Below, piece after piece: positions 1-10,341 of a DNA stretch of 64,000 bases (position 1 is its first letter; each line of letters starts with the position of its first letter). The notes under the pieces were generated by a model. That model did not search any database and was not told the origin of the DNA. It was given only the letters and a program-made list of their open reading frames with translations. The position numbers were made by a program, and so were the translations under genes. The stretch comes from an uncultured cyanobacterium (GTDB lineage: Bacteria > Cyanobacteriota > Cyanobacteriia > PCC-6307 > Cyanobiaceae): contig CAVXWZ010000005.1 in NCBI GenBank assembly GCA_963765575.1, positions 96,001 to 160,000 on the forward strand, in the 5' to 3' direction.

Positions 1-243
1 GCCAGCCCCGGCCGCTGGAGCGGTGGAACACCTGGGCCATCAGCACGCCCAGGGCGGCCCAGCTCCCCCCCGTCGGTGCCGGCGGCCCATCCAGGCCAGG
101 ATCCACCAGCACCACGCGGTGGCCGTGGCGCTGCAGCAGCCAGGCGGTGGCGAGACCCACCAGGCCGGCCCCCACCACCAGCACCTGGGCGGGGCAAGCG
201 GCGGTGGTGTCGCTGGTGGTGGTGCTGGGGTTGGCGATCAGCT
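1..243 (-). CDS. FAD-dependent oxidoreductase (glycine oxidase/DAO-like), N-terminal part; runs off window start
   Basis: Manual translation: QVLVVGAGLVGLATAWLLQRHGHRVVLVDPG...SWAALGVLM (Rossmann GxGxxG); start codon uncertain. Confidence 0.8.
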
Positions 244-277
244 CAGCCGGGGGGCAGCGGGGAAGCGCCCAAGGCGC

Positions 278-835
278 TCAGAGCTGCTTGAGGTCTTCCT
301 GCACCTGCACCGGCAGGACCTGGGCGTACTTGCCGAAGCCGCTGGCCACGGCGATGTAGGTCTTGCGCAGGGCGTCGGCGTCCTGCAGGCGGGCGGCCTC
401 ATCGAGCTGGGCCAGGGAGCGCTTGAGCTGATTGGCCAGCCGTCCGGCCTCAGCCTGATCGTCGGGGAGCAGGCGCTGGTTGATGTAGAGCATCTGGCGG
501 CCCACTTCCTGCATCGGCCCGTGAATCAGGTTGCGGGTGAAGATCCAGTCGCGCTTGTTCACCAGATCGGCCAGTTCGGGCAAGCGATCGCGGGCGGCCA
601 GGAAGCCCACCGCCTGGCGTTCGATCGCGGCAATGTCGTCGCTGCTGAGGGTGGGTGGCTGGGCCTGGGCGCCGCCGCAGGCGGCGAGGTTGAAGCAGAG
701 CATGGCCGCCAGGGCGACCATCAACAGCCGGCGCAGGGACTGCCGCAGGGCCGACATGGGCGCAACGGACTCACCGGTGGCAGGTGCGGCGGCAGCCGTG
801 GTGGCAAAAGGGGTGGGGTCGAGCACGGAAGACAT
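278..835 (-). CDS. psbQ: Photosystem II extrinsic lipoprotein PsbQ (CyanoQ)
   Basis: Lipobox LAAC, DWIFTRNLIHGPM motif; start uncertain (758-865). Confidence 0.9.
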   Translation of the reverse strand: MSSVLDPTPFATTAAAAPATGESVAPMSALRQSLRRLLMVALAAMLCFNLAACGGAQAQPPTLSSDDIAAIERQAVGFLAARDRLPELADLVNKRDWIFTRNLIHGPMQEVGRQMLYINQRLLPDDQAEAGRLANQLKRSLAQLDEAARLQDADALRKTYIAVASGFGKYAQVLPVQVQEDLKQL

Positions 836-1000
836 CTCGGGAGCCATCACGGTGGCCATCGGCGGCGCGCAGCAACGGCTGCAGGGCCTGACTGTATCGG
901 TGTGGGCCGGGCCGTCCGGCGTGGTTGTCGCCTCCCGCAACCTGCCCACCCCTTGCGCGGCGCCAGGGAGCTACAACAGAAAGCCGTTGCGGCTTGAGCC

Positions 1001-1261
1001 ATGCGGCACGCCGTGTTGCCCCTGGCCGCCATCCGCCGGCCCCTGGAGCGGGTCCTTGATGAAGCCAAGGTGCGCAGCCTGATGGCGGCGATTGCGGCCG
1101 ACGGTCAGCAGGAGCCCATCGACGTGCTTGAAGTGGAGGGCGAGTTGTGGGGCTTCAACGGTTGCCACCGCGTGGCGGCCCATGAGCGTCTCGGCCTCAC
1201 CACGATCCGCGCCCGGGTGCGGCGGGCCAACCGCGAGGTGCTACGCATGCATATGCGCTGA
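1001..1261 (+). CDS. srx: Sulfiredoxin (ParB/Srx domain)
   Basis: 86 aa, PIDVL...GFNGCHR matches Srx FxGCHR catalytic motif. Confidence 0.85.
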   Translation: MRHAVLPLAAIRRPLERVLDEAKVRSLMAAIAADGQQEPIDVLEVEGELWGFNGCHRVAAHERLGLTTIRARVRRANREVLRMHMR

Positions 1262-1283
1262 GCGCCCCTGCGGCCGCTGATCG

Positions 1284-2156
1284 ATGCCGCCTGCCACCGC
1301 CATCCTCCAGGTGATCTGTCCGGATCGGCCGGCGCTGGTGAGCGAGCTCTCGGGCTGGGTGGCCGCCAACGGCGGCAACATCCGCCACGCCGACCACCAC
1401 ACCGATGCCGGCGCCGGCCTGTTCCTGAGCCGCATCGAATGGCAACTGCAGGGCTTCGGCCTGCCGCGCGCCGCCATCGCCCCGGCCGTGGCGGCCCTGG
1501 CCGAGCGCCTCGGCGGCGAGGGCCAGGTGCATTTCTCCGATGAGCTGCCGCGGGTGGCGATCTTCGTGAGCCGCCAGGAGCACTGTCTGGTGGACCTGCT
1601 CTGGCGCACCCGCGCCGGTGAGCTGCCGATGACCGTGCCGCTGGTGGTGTCCAACCACCCGCAGCTGCGCTCCACGGCCGAGGACTTCGGCGCCAGCTAC
1701 GTGCATCTGCCCGTGACTGCCGCCACCAAGGCGGAGGTGGAAGAGACGCAGCTGCAAGTGCTGGCCCAGCACGACATCGAGCTGGTGGTGCTGGCCAAGT
1801 ACATGCAGGTGCTCAGCGGCGACTTCCTGGAGCGTTTCCACGCGGCCGCCGCAGATCACGGTGTGATCAACATCCACCACTCGTTCCTGCCCGCTTTTCA
1901 GGGAGCCCAGCCCTATCACCGGGCCTGGGAACGGGGGGTGAAGCTGATCGGCGCCACCGCCCACTACGTGAGTGAGGAGCTCGACGCCGGACCGATCATC
2001 GAGCAGGCCACCGTGCACGTGGGCCACCGCGACGAGGTGGACGACCTGATCCGCAAGGGCCGCGACACCGAGCGCCTGGCCCTGGCCCGGGCCCTGCGCC
2101 TGCACCTGCGCCGCCAGGTGATGGTGTACCGAGGCCGCACGGCGGTGTTCGACTGA
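1284..2156 (+). CDS. purU: Formyltetrahydrofolate deformylase
   Basis: ACT domain plus VLAKYMQVLS, INIHHSFLPAF, GVKLIGATAHYV. Confidence 0.97.
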   Translation: MPPATAILQVICPDRPALVSELSGWVAANGGNIRHADHHTDAGAGLFLSRIEWQLQGFGLPRAAIAPAVAALAERLGGEGQVHFSDELPRVAIFVSRQEHCLVDLLWRTRAGELPMTVPLVVSNHPQLRSTAEDFGASYVHLPVTAATKAEVEETQLQVLAQHDIELVVLAKYMQVLSGDFLERFHAAAADHGVINIHHSFLPAFQGAQPYHRAWERGVKLIGATAHYVSEELDAGPIIEQATVHVGHRDEVDDLIRKGRDTERLALARALRLHLRRQVMVYRGRTAVFD

Positions 2157-2173
2157 GGCTCAGGCCATGGGGT

Positions 2174-3832
2174 TCAGGCCACGGCTGTGGGGACGCCTGC
2201 CGCCAGGGCCTCCTGGGCGTGCTTGAGCAGGGTGGCCGGGGGCAGCGGCCCCTCCAGGTGCTGCCAGGGCAGCACGCGCTCCGGGCTCCAGGTGGCGTGG
2301 ATCACCTCCTCCCAGGGGGGTGGCGGCGGCAGCGCAGTGTCCGCGCTGCAGGACGGCGCCGGATCGTGCTCGCCGGCCAGCACGGCCCGGTAGGCCTGCT
2401 TCCAGCCCCCGAGGCTTTCGTGACGGCTGCGGGCGGCGGCGATCACCGGTGCCAGGCGCCGGTCGCTGCGCGAGATCAGGGCCTGGATCACGCTCCAGCC
2501 ATAGCTCTCGGGCCGCAGTTCGATGCCTTTGGGCCTGAGCCGTTTGGCCAGCAGTTTGAGGCGCTTGTCGGCCTCCGGTCGCACCCCCTGCCACTGGAAG
2601 GGGGTATGGGCCTTCGGCACAAAGGTGCTCACCCCCAGTGACAGCCGCAGACCCGGCGTGGCTTTCTTCAGAGCCAGCAGCAGGGCGGCGGTGGCCTCCA
2701 CATCGGCCTCCTCTTCGGTGGGCAGGCCCACCATGCCGTAGAGCTTCAGGCCGCTGAGACCTCCCTCCTTGGCATAGCGGGCGGCGGCGTAGATCTCCTC
2801 GCTGGCGAGCTTCTTGTTCACCACCTGGCGCATGCGTTCGCTGCCGCTTTCGATAGCGATGGTGAGCGACTTACTGCCCCGTTTGGCCAGGATCCGGCCC
2901 AGTTCGGGGGTCACGGTGGCGGCGCGCACCGAGCTCACGCTCACCCGCGTGTCCTCGAAGCGGTCCTGGTCGAGCCAGCCCAGCAGCTCCGCGAACTGGG
3001 GGTGCTGGGTCACCGACGCCCCCAGCAGCCCCAGGCGCTGGGTGGCGGCCAGGCCCTTCTCCACTGCCGGGATCAGACCGTCATCGAGGCTGGGGGTGCG
3101 GAAGGGCAGGGTGAGGTAGCTGGCCAGGCAGAAGCGGCACAGCTCCGGACAGCTGCGCACCACCTCCACCATGTGGATCGACGGCCAGGCCGCCGCCGGG
3201 GTGATCACCGCCGAGTGGCTGAGGGTGTTGCCCCGCCAGGTCTGCTTGGCCACGGTGGCCGGGATGCCCGGCTCTTTGGGCTCCACGGCCAGCAGTTCGC
3301 CCTCGCTGCCGTAGCGGGGGGCGTAGAGGCTGGGCACATACACGCCCGGCACCTGGGCCAGTTGGCGCAGCCGTTCAGGGCGCGGGGCCTCCCGGCAGGC
3401 CTGGAGGGCATCGAGGAAGGCGGGCAGCAGCAGTTCGCCATCGCCGAGCAGCACCACGTCGAAGAAGGGCGCCAGCGGTTCGGGGTTGGCGGTCAGCACC
3501 GGGCCCCCACCGAACACGATCGGGTCGCCGTCGCCCCGTTGCTGGCTCCACAGGGGGATGTGCTGGCGCTCCAGCAGCTCCAGCAGCACCGGTCCGTCGA
3601 GCTCCCAGCTCAGGGACAGGCCGAACAGATCGAGCCTGCGGTGGGGCGGATCGCCCTGGTCGGTGAACAGACGGCGCACATCCACATCGGGCCGCTGGGC
3701 CAGGGTGGCCCACACCACCTGGTAGCCCAGGCTGGTGATGCCCACCGAATAGGTGCTGGGGAAGGCCAGCACGGTGCGCAGTGCCCAGGGCTGGGGCACT
3801 GCGGGCGTGAACAGCAGCGTTTCCTGATCCAG
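2174..3832 (-). CDS. B12-binding-domain radical SAM protein
   Basis: CPELCRFC (CxxxCxxC), GGPVLTANPEP; frame extends upstream to LDQETLLFTP (CTG), start uncertain. Confidence 0.9.
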   Translation of the reverse strand: MDQETLLFTPAVPQPWALRTVLAFPSTYSVGITSLGYQVVWATLAQRPDVDVRRLFTDQGDPPHRRLDLFGLSLSWELDGPVLLELLERQHIPLWSQQRGDGDPIVFGGGPVLTANPEPLAPFFDVVLLGDGELLLPAFLDALQACREAPRPERLRQLAQVPGVYVPSLYAPRYGSEGELLAVEPKEPGIPATVAKQTWRGNTLSHSAVITPAAAWPSIHMVEVVRSCPELCRFCLASYLTLPFRTPSLDDGLIPAVEKGLAATQRLGLLGASVTQHPQFAELLGWLDQDRFEDTRVSVSSVRAATVTPELGRILAKRGSKSLTIAIESGSERMRQVVNKKLASEEIYAAARYAKEGGLSGLKLYGMVGLPTEEEADVEATAALLLALKKATPGLRLSLGVSTFVPKAHTPFQWQGVRPEADKRLKLLAKRLRPKGIELRPESYGWSVIQALISRSDRRLAPVIAAARSRHESLGGWKQAYRAVLAGEHDPAPSCSADTALPPPPPWEEVIHATWSPERVLPWQHLEGPLPPATLLKHAQEALAAGVPTAVA

Positions 3833-3880
3833 GGCAAGGCTGGGGGCGGTGTCGCCCCCAGCGTGTCACCCAGGGCAGGT

Positions 3881-4348
3881 CTACTGACCGATGAGGCCGC
3901 TGAGGGGACCGATGAGGCCGCTGATCGCCGAGCTGGCGGCGCCCGCCGCCGGAGTGCCACCGTCGAAGGTGCTGATCACGGTGTTGGCGGCCGACTCAAT
4001 CGCGGGCCACTTGTCACCGGCCAGGGGGCGGATCACCGGGGCGGAGCGGTCCCAGAGCGACTTGAAGCCACCCATCGTGACGTCGGCGGTTTCGAGATTG
4101 CCGTCCTCCACCTGTGCCTGGCCTTTCTTCAGCAGATCGAGCACGGGATTGACAGCCTGGGCCAGTGCGGCTTGGCCAGTGGCCGTAGCGGCGTCCTGGG
4201 CGGCATCGCCCATACCGGTAGCGGCATCGTCCACGGTCTGCTTAGCCTGCTGGCAGCCACTGAGGGTGAGCCCACCGGCCACCGTCAGGGCCATGGCGGC
4301 GCCGAGAAAGCGGCTGCTGCGCCAGCGGCGAGGGTGTTGTGAAATCAT
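3881..4348 (-). CDS. Hypothetical lipoprotein
   Basis: Basic N-terminus, hydrophobic stretch, lipobox LSGC; helical Ala-rich body. Confidence 0.7.
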   Translation of the reverse strand: MISQHPRRWRSSRFLGAAMALTVAGGLTLSGCQQAKQTVDDAATGMGDAAQDAATATGQAALAQAVNPVLDLLKKGQAQVEDGNLETADVTMGGFKSLWDRSAPVIRPLAGDKWPAIESAANTVISTFDGGTPAAGAASSAISGLIGPLSGLIGQ

Positions 4349-4430
4349 CACGATGATCCTTGGTTTCTCGTAAAAGGTAGCCCTGGACACCAGTCCTGCC
4401 CATGGCCGGTGCGCCCGCCCGCCCGCCCCT

Positions 4431-5903
4431 TCAGGGCTGACCGCTCTCGGGGCCTGCTCCAGCGGCATTGGCATGTCCCAGCCGCGGCCGCAGCGGCACC
4501 GAGCTGGGGGCCGGCCCTGGGGAGGGGGCATCGCCCGCCCAGGCCTGGTGGCCGGGGGGAGCCAGCTGGATCAGCCGCTCGAACAGCGACTCGCTGGCCA
4601 GCAGCCGCGACACCACGATGCTGCCGAGGCAGGCACTGAGCACTGGCTTGAGCAGCAGCCACTCCTTGCTGAGGGCGAACACCAGAAACAGGGCCGTGAT
4701 CGGCGTGCGGGCCGTGGCGGCGAGAAAGGCTCCCATGCCGGCGAACACGGCAGTGCTGGGGGCCTGGATGCCAACCAGCTCCACGAGTTTCACGGCCACC
4801 AGCCCAAGGGCGCCACCGAGGGTGAGCATGGGGGCGAACAGGCCCCCCGGTGCCCCCACCGCCGCGGCCAGCCCGGTGGTGAGGAACAGCACCACGGCCA
4901 CGCTCACTGCCATGGCCACGTCCACATCACCACTGGCCACCGCCAGGCGGATGCCGGCGTCGTTCACGAAGGCATCGGGCAGAGCGGCGTCGATCAGGCC
5001 CAGCACCGCCCCGGCCAGGGCCAGCTTCACGGCCAGGGAGCTGCGCCAGATGTTGGTGAGCCGCTGAAGAGCCAGCAGGAAGCGGCAGTAGGCCTCGGCC
5101 ACCACTGCCACCAGGCCGCCGAGACCGAACAACAGGATCAGATCAATGGGCAGCACCTGCACGAACACCGACACGGTGCGTTTGAGCTGCAGGGCCCCGC
5201 TGTCGATCACCTGGGTGCTGTCCACGCCCAGGCCTGCCAGCCCCAGCAGGTCGGCCCAGATGTCGGCCCAGAAGGTGAGCGTCAGCACGATCAACATCAC
5301 CACCGGTCTGCCGCCGCGCAGCAGCGACTCCAGGGTGTAGAAGAAGCCGGCGATCGGAGCGTTGAACACGGCGGTGATCCCGGCGCCACCGCCGGCGGCC
5401 ACCAGCACACGCACGAAGGCCCGCGGCGCCTTCAACAGCCGTCCCAGGCTCCAACCCATCGAGCTGCCCATCTGGATGGCCGGGCCGGAGGGGCCGAGGG
5501 GAAAGCCGCTGCCGATGGCCAGGATGCCGGCCACCAGCTTCACCACGGCGATGCGCAGGCCGATCGGCACCCCCCGCCTGCGCAGAAACAGCATCACCTG
5601 GGTGATGCCGGACCCCGATGCTGCCGGTGCCAGGGTCTGAATCAGCAGCCCCGCCAGCAGGCCGCCGGCGCTGCCGAAGGCGGGAAGCAACAGCCAGGCC
5701 GGGCCGGTGGTCAGCAGCCGGATGCGCCAGCTGCCCAGGGCGTCGATGCCGACGGCGAACACCAGCACGGTGGTGGCCACCGCCAGGCCCGTGAGGGCCA
5801 GGCCCAGCACCACCCCCCCACCGCGCTGCTCGAGCAGCTGGCGGATGGCCCGCAGCTGCAGCCATTCGTCGTGATGGATCGGGGTGCCGGCCTTCTTGAC
5901 CAC
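4431..5903 (-). CDS. ClC family chloride channel/transporter with atypical coupling residues
   Basis: GSGIT, GPSGP, FNAPIAG, GGLFAP motifs; many TM helices. Confidence 0.92.
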   Translation of the reverse strand: MVKKAGTPIHHDEWLQLRAIRQLLEQRGGGVVLGLALTGLAVATTVLVFAVGIDALGSWRIRLLTTGPAWLLLPAFGSAGGLLAGLLIQTLAPAASGSGITQVMLFLRRRGVPIGLRIAVVKLVAGILAIGSGFPLGPSGPAIQMGSSMGWSLGRLLKAPRAFVRVLVAAGGGAGITAVFNAPIAGFFYTLESLLRGGRPVVMLIVLTLTFWADIWADLLGLAGLGVDSTQVIDSGALQLKRTVSVFVQVLPIDLILLFGLGGLVAVVAEAYCRFLLALQRLTNIWRSSLAVKLALAGAVLGLIDAALPDAFVNDAGIRLAVASGDVDVAMAVSVAVVLFLTTGLAAAVGAPGGLFAPMLTLGGALGLVAVKLVELVGIQAPSTAVFAGMGAFLAATARTPITALFLVFALSKEWLLLKPVLSACLGSIVVSRLLASESLFERLIQLAPPGHQAWAGDAPSPGPAPSSVPLRPRLGHANAAGAGPESGQP

Positions 5904-5910
5904 CCCCGGC

Positions 5911-8532
5911 TCAGCCCACTTCCGCCAGCATCCGGGCCTCCTCCTCGGCGCTCACCACCCGACCCTGATCCTCGAAGCCCTCGATCTGATCGAAGTTGAG
6001 GTAGCGGTAGAGCTCCTCGCCGAAGGGATCGATCTTCTCGGCGGCGATGGCCAGATACTCCTGCTTGCTGGGGATGCGGCCCAGCTGGGCGCACACCGCC
6101 GCCAGTTCAGCGCTGCCCAGGTACACCTGGGCGCCGTTGCCGAGGCGGTTGTTGAAGTTGCGGGTGCTGGTGGAGAACACGGTGGTGTTGTCGTCGACCC
6201 GGGCCTGGTTGCCCATGCACAGGGAGCAGCCCGGCATCTCCATGCGTGCGTCGGTGGACTCGAAGATGGCGTAGTAGCCCTCCTCCTTGAGCTTCTCCTC
6301 GTCCATGCGGGTGGGCGGACACACCCACAGACGCGCCTTGTTGCTGCCCTGCCCCTTGAGCACGTTGGCGGCGGCGCGGTAGTGGCCGATGTTGGTCATG
6401 CAGGAGCCGATGAACACCTCATCGACGCGATCACCGGCCACCTCGCTGAGGGCCTTGACGTTGTCGGGGTCATTGGGGCAGGCCAGGATTGGCTCGCCGA
6501 TGTCATCAAGGTTGATGTCGATGATCTCCGCATACTCGGCATCGGCGTCGGCCACCATCAGCTGCGGGTCGGCCAGCCAGGCCTCCATCGCCTGGATGCG
6601 GCGGGCCAGGGTGCGGGCATCGCCGTAGCCGCGGGCGATCATGTTTCTGAGCAGGGCCACGTTGCTGCGCAGGTATTCGCTCACGGTGTCGACGCTGAGC
6701 TTGATCGTGCAGCCGGCACAGGAGCGTTCGGCGGTCGCGTCTGTCAGTTCAAAAGCCTGCTCCAGCTTCAGGTCCGGCAGGCCCTCAATCTCCATGATGC
6801 GGCCGTTGAACACATTCTTCTTGCCCTCCTTGGCCACGGTGAGCAGTCCCTGCTGGATGGCCACCCAGGGAATCGCGTTGACCACATCGCGCAGGGTGAC
6901 CCCGGGCTGCAGGGAGCCGCTGAAGCGCACCAGCACCGATTCGGGCATGTCCAGGGGCATGGCGCCGATGGCGGCGGCGAAGGCCACCAGCCCGGAGCCG
7001 CCCGGGAACGAAATCCCCAGGGGGAAGCGGGTGTGGCTGTCGCCGCCTGTGCCCACCGTGTCGGGCAGCAGCATGCGGTTGAGCCAGCTGTGGATGATGC
7101 CGTCGCCCGGTTGCAGGGCCACGCCACCACGGGAGGCCATGAAGTCGGGCAGTTCGGCGTGGGTCTTGAGGTCGACGGGCTTGGGATAGGCGGCGGTGTG
7201 GCAGAAGCTCTGCATCACCAGATCGGCGGAGAAGCCCAGGCAGGCCAGCTCCTTCATCTCGTCGCGGGTCATTGGCCCGGTGGTGTCCTGGGAGCCCACG
7301 GTGGTCATCAGCGGCTCGCAGCTGGTGCCCGGGCGCACGCCGGCCAGCCCGCAGGCCTTGCCCACCATCTTCTGGGCCAGGGTGAAGCCCTTGCCGGTGT
7401 CTGTCGGCGGGGTGGGGCGGATGAACAGCTGCGAGGCCGGCAGGTCCAGCTGGGCCCGCACCTTGTCGGTGAGGGCGCGGCCGATCATCAGGGGGATGCG
7501 GCCGCCGGCGCGCACCTCATCGGCGATGGTGCTGGGCTTGAGCTCGAAGCGGGCCACGATCTCGCCGGCACCGGGCTCGCCGGCGGCGCGCTCGATCGTG
7601 CCCGCGGCGGGACGGATCGTGATCACGTCGCCGCTGGCCAGGCCGGTGACGTCGCACTCGATCGGCAGGGCACCGGAATCCTCGGCGGTGTTGAAGAAGA
7701 TCGGCGCGATCTTGCCGCCCAGAATCACACCGCCGCTGCGCTTGTTGGGCACGTGGGGGATGTCGGTGCCGATGTGCCAGAGCACCGAATTGATGGCGGA
7801 TTTCCGCGAACTGCCGGTGCCCACCACATCGCCCACGTAGGCCAGCGGATGCCCCTTGCCCTTGAGCTGCTCGATCAGCTCCAGGCCACCCGGCATGCGG
7901 GTCTCCAGCATCGCCATGGCGTGCAGGGGGATGTCGGGTCGGGTGGTGGCGTGGGTGGCGGGGGAGAGGTCGTCGGTGTTGGTCTCGCCCTCCAGCTTGA
8001 ACACCGTCACGGTGATCTCCTCGGCCAGGCCGGGACGGGCGGTGAACCATTCGGCGGCGGCCCAGCTGTCCACCACCTGCTGGGCCCAGGGGTTGGTCTC
8101 GGCCAGCTCGAGCACGTCGTGGAAGGCGTCGTAGACCAGCAGGGTGCGGCTGAGGCCGGCGGCGGCCGCACCGGCCACGGCGGCATCGGCATGGCCCAGC
8201 AGCTCGATCAGGGCGCCGACGTTGTAGCCGCCGATCATGGTGGCCAGCAGTCGCACCGCCTCAAGGGCATCCACCAGGGGGCTGGTGACCTCGCCCTTGG
8301 CCACGGCCAGCAGCCAGCCCGCCTTCACGTAGGCCGCCTCGTCGACCCCGGGCGGGATGCGCTCGCGCAGGAGGTGCAGCAGAAACGCCTCCTCGCCGGC
8401 CGGCGGTGCCGCCAGCAGTTCGCTGAGGGCTGAGGTCTGAGCGGCCGTGAGCGGCAGGGCCGGAACTCCCAGGGCCTCGCGCTCGGCGGCGGCGGCGCGG
8501 TAGTCGGCAAGGACGGTGGTGGTGGCACACAT
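5911..8532 (-). CDS. acnB: Aconitate hydratase 2 / 2-methylisocitrate dehydratase
   Basis: TNTDDLSP, GSSRKSA, SQDTTGPMT, FIGSCMTN, PGCSLCMGNQ; start approximate. Confidence 0.98.
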   Translation of the reverse strand: MCATTTVLADYRAAAAEREALGVPALPLTAAQTSALSELLAAPPAGEEAFLLHLLRERIPPGVDEAAYVKAGWLLAVAKGEVTSPLVDALEAVRLLATMIGGYNVGALIELLGHADAAVAGAAAAGLSRTLLVYDAFHDVLELAETNPWAQQVVDSWAAAEWFTARPGLAEEITVTVFKLEGETNTDDLSPATHATTRPDIPLHAMAMLETRMPGGLELIEQLKGKGHPLAYVGDVVGTGSSRKSAINSVLWHIGTDIPHVPNKRSGGVILGGKIAPIFFNTAEDSGALPIECDVTGLASGDVITIRPAAGTIERAAGEPGAGEIVARFELKPSTIADEVRAGGRIPLMIGRALTDKVRAQLDLPASQLFIRPTPPTDTGKGFTLAQKMVGKACGLAGVRPGTSCEPLMTTVGSQDTTGPMTRDEMKELACLGFSADLVMQSFCHTAAYPKPVDLKTHAELPDFMASRGGVALQPGDGIIHSWLNRMLLPDTVGTGGDSHTRFPLGISFPGGSGLVAFAAAIGAMPLDMPESVLVRFSGSLQPGVTLRDVVNAIPWVAIQQGLLTVAKEGKKNVFNGRIMEIEGLPDLKLEQAFELTDATAERSCAGCTIKLSVDTVSEYLRSNVALLRNMIARGYGDARTLARRIQAMEAWLADPQLMVADADAEYAEIIDINLDDIGEPILACPNDPDNVKALSEVAGDRVDEVFIGSCMTNIGHYRAAANVLKGQGSNKARLWVCPPTRMDEEKLKEEGYYAIFESTDARMEMPGCSLCMGNQARVDDNTTVFSTSTRNFNNRLGNGAQVYLGSAELAAVCAQLGRIPSKQEYLAIAAEKIDPFGEELYRYLNFDQIEGFEDQGRVVSAEEEARMLAEVG

Positions 8533-8692
8533 CGCGATTCGTTGCACAGTTCACCCATTGTTCTTGGCCAGGGGCCTGGTTGGTGGTGACAATCGCTGCC
8601 ATCACCCGATCCGCCGGGTTGCGGCCAGGTGGCGATGGCGCTCTGATTAGGGTGAAAGGCTGAGCGCGGCACCCGACGGCAGCCTGTTTCCC

Positions 8693-9817
8693 ATGCACGC
8701 CACCACCAGCGACCTCCATGTGGTGGAGACACGGCCGCTGGTGCCGCCTGTCGTGTTGCACCGCGACCTGCCGATCAGTGAGCGTGCCACCGCCATCGTT
8801 CAGCAGACCCGCCAGCGCATCCAGGAGATCCTGCACGGCCGCGATCAGCGCCTGCTGGTGATCGTGGGCCCCTGTTCGGTACACGACGTGGCAGCGGCCA
8901 AGGACTACGCCAGCTTCATCGCCGAGGCCCGGCAGCGTCACGCCGGCGAACTCGAATTGGTGATGCGGGTGTACTTCGAGAAGCCCCGCACCACCGTGGG
9001 TTGGAAGGGTCTGATCAACGACCCCCACCTGGACGGCAGCTACGACATCAACACCGGCCTGCGGCTGGCCCGCTCGCTGCTGTTGCACGTGTCGGAACTG
9101 GGCCTGCCGGCGGCTACGGAGCTGCTCGATCCGGTGGTGCCCCAGTACATCGCCGACCTGATCAGCTGGACGGCCATCGGCGCCCGCACCACCGAGAGCC
9201 AGACCCACCGCGAGATGGCCTCGGGCCTGTCGATGCCGATCGGCTTCAAGAACGGCACCGACGGCAGCGTCGCCACAGCGGTGAATGCCATGGAGGCCGC
9301 GGCGCGGCCCCACCATTTCCTGGGCATCAACAGTGACGGCCACGCCGCGATCGTGACCACCAGCGGCAACCCCGATGGCCACCTGGTGCTGCGGGGTGGC
9401 AAGCACGGCACCAATTACCACCCGGAGGCGATCGAGGCGGCGGCCGCGGCCCTGGAGAAGGCTGGCCTGCCCTCACGGCTGATGGTGGACTGCAGCCACG
9501 GCAACTCCAACAAGGACTACCGCCGCCAGAGCGAGGTGGTCGGCCAGGTGGCGGAGCAGGTGCGGACCGGGTCGCGCCAGGTGATGGGGGTGATGCTCGA
9601 AAGCCACCTGGTGGCGGGGAACCAGAAGCTGCCCGCCGACCTCAGCCAGCTCCGCTACGGCCAGAGCATCACCGATGCCTGCATCGATCTGGCCACCACC
9701 GCCGAGGCGCTGGCCACCCTGGCCGAGGCGGTGCGGGCCACGGCCGCCGGGCCCGATGGCAGGACTGCTGATGGAGCTGCCGCCGACTCTGGCGGCCGCC
9801 CGGCCCTGACGGTGTGA
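8693..9817 (+). CDS. aroF: 3-deoxy-7-phosphoheptulonate (DAHP) synthase, class I
   Basis: GPCSVHD, YFEKPRTTVGWKG, IGARTTESQ, DCSHGNS. Confidence 0.95.
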   Translation: MHATTSDLHVVETRPLVPPVVLHRDLPISERATAIVQQTRQRIQEILHGRDQRLLVIVGPCSVHDVAAAKDYASFIAEARQRHAGELELVMRVYFEKPRTTVGWKGLINDPHLDGSYDINTGLRLARSLLLHVSELGLPAATELLDPVVPQYIADLISWTAIGARTTESQTHREMASGLSMPIGFKNGTDGSVATAVNAMEAAARPHHFLGINSDGHAAIVTTSGNPDGHLVLRGGKHGTNYHPEAIEAAAAALEKAGLPSRLMVDCSHGNSNKDYRRQSEVVGQVAEQVRTGSRQVMGVMLESHLVAGNQKLPADLSQLRYGQSITDACIDLATTAEALATLAEAVRATAAGPDGRTADGAAADSGGRPALTV

Positions 9818-9993
9818 GCCCTGGGGGATCGGCACCACGACGATGGCGATCGCAGGCCAATGCCTGTGCCGATTGGCACTCGAGTAGCAAGAGTGCCAGT
9901 CAACGAATACGGCAACATCGTGCAACGAACTGTTCTTCATGAACAGCTTTATTTGGCTGGCCCCATAACGTGCGCCCATCTCACGCGAGCTGG

Positions 9994-10320
9994 ATGATGA
10001 GTTATCTGCTGCAGTTCTGCGGGCTATCTGATCCCTTGCAGCTCTTTTATCTTGAGCAGAGCGAGGGCCCCGCGTTCGCGGGCTTCCGCCCCGTGCAACT
10101 CGATGGACTGCTGGGCTGGGCCCAGGCCATCGGACATCAGCGCCACTGGGATCTGGAGGTGATCCACCAGGCCGTGATCGAGGTCTGGATGGAGCGCGCC
10201 GATGTGATCCGGCAGTGGCAGTTGCGCCTCCGTCACGAACCTGACGATTGGCTGCTGGTGGCAGGCCTGGGCACGCCCCGGGACTGGGAGCGCCGTTGTG
10301 AGCAGCTGCTGCGGGCCTAG
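9994..10320 (+). CDS. Hypothetical protein (Trp-rich)
   Basis: ORF with ordinary protein composition in an otherwise unoccupied gap; no family recognised. Confidence 0.65.
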   Translation: MMSYLLQFCGLSDPLQLFYLEQSEGPAFAGFRPVQLDGLLGWAQAIGHQRHWDLEVIHQAVIEVWMERADVIRQWQLRLRHEPDDWLLVAGLGTPRDWERRCEQLLRA

Positions 10321-10341
10321 GGCGGTCGCCAAGGTGGCGGC

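Noticed and set aside
584..591. Scattered GCGATCGC (HIP1) octamers
   Set aside because: Well-known cyanobacterial feature; enrichment could not be quantified by eye.
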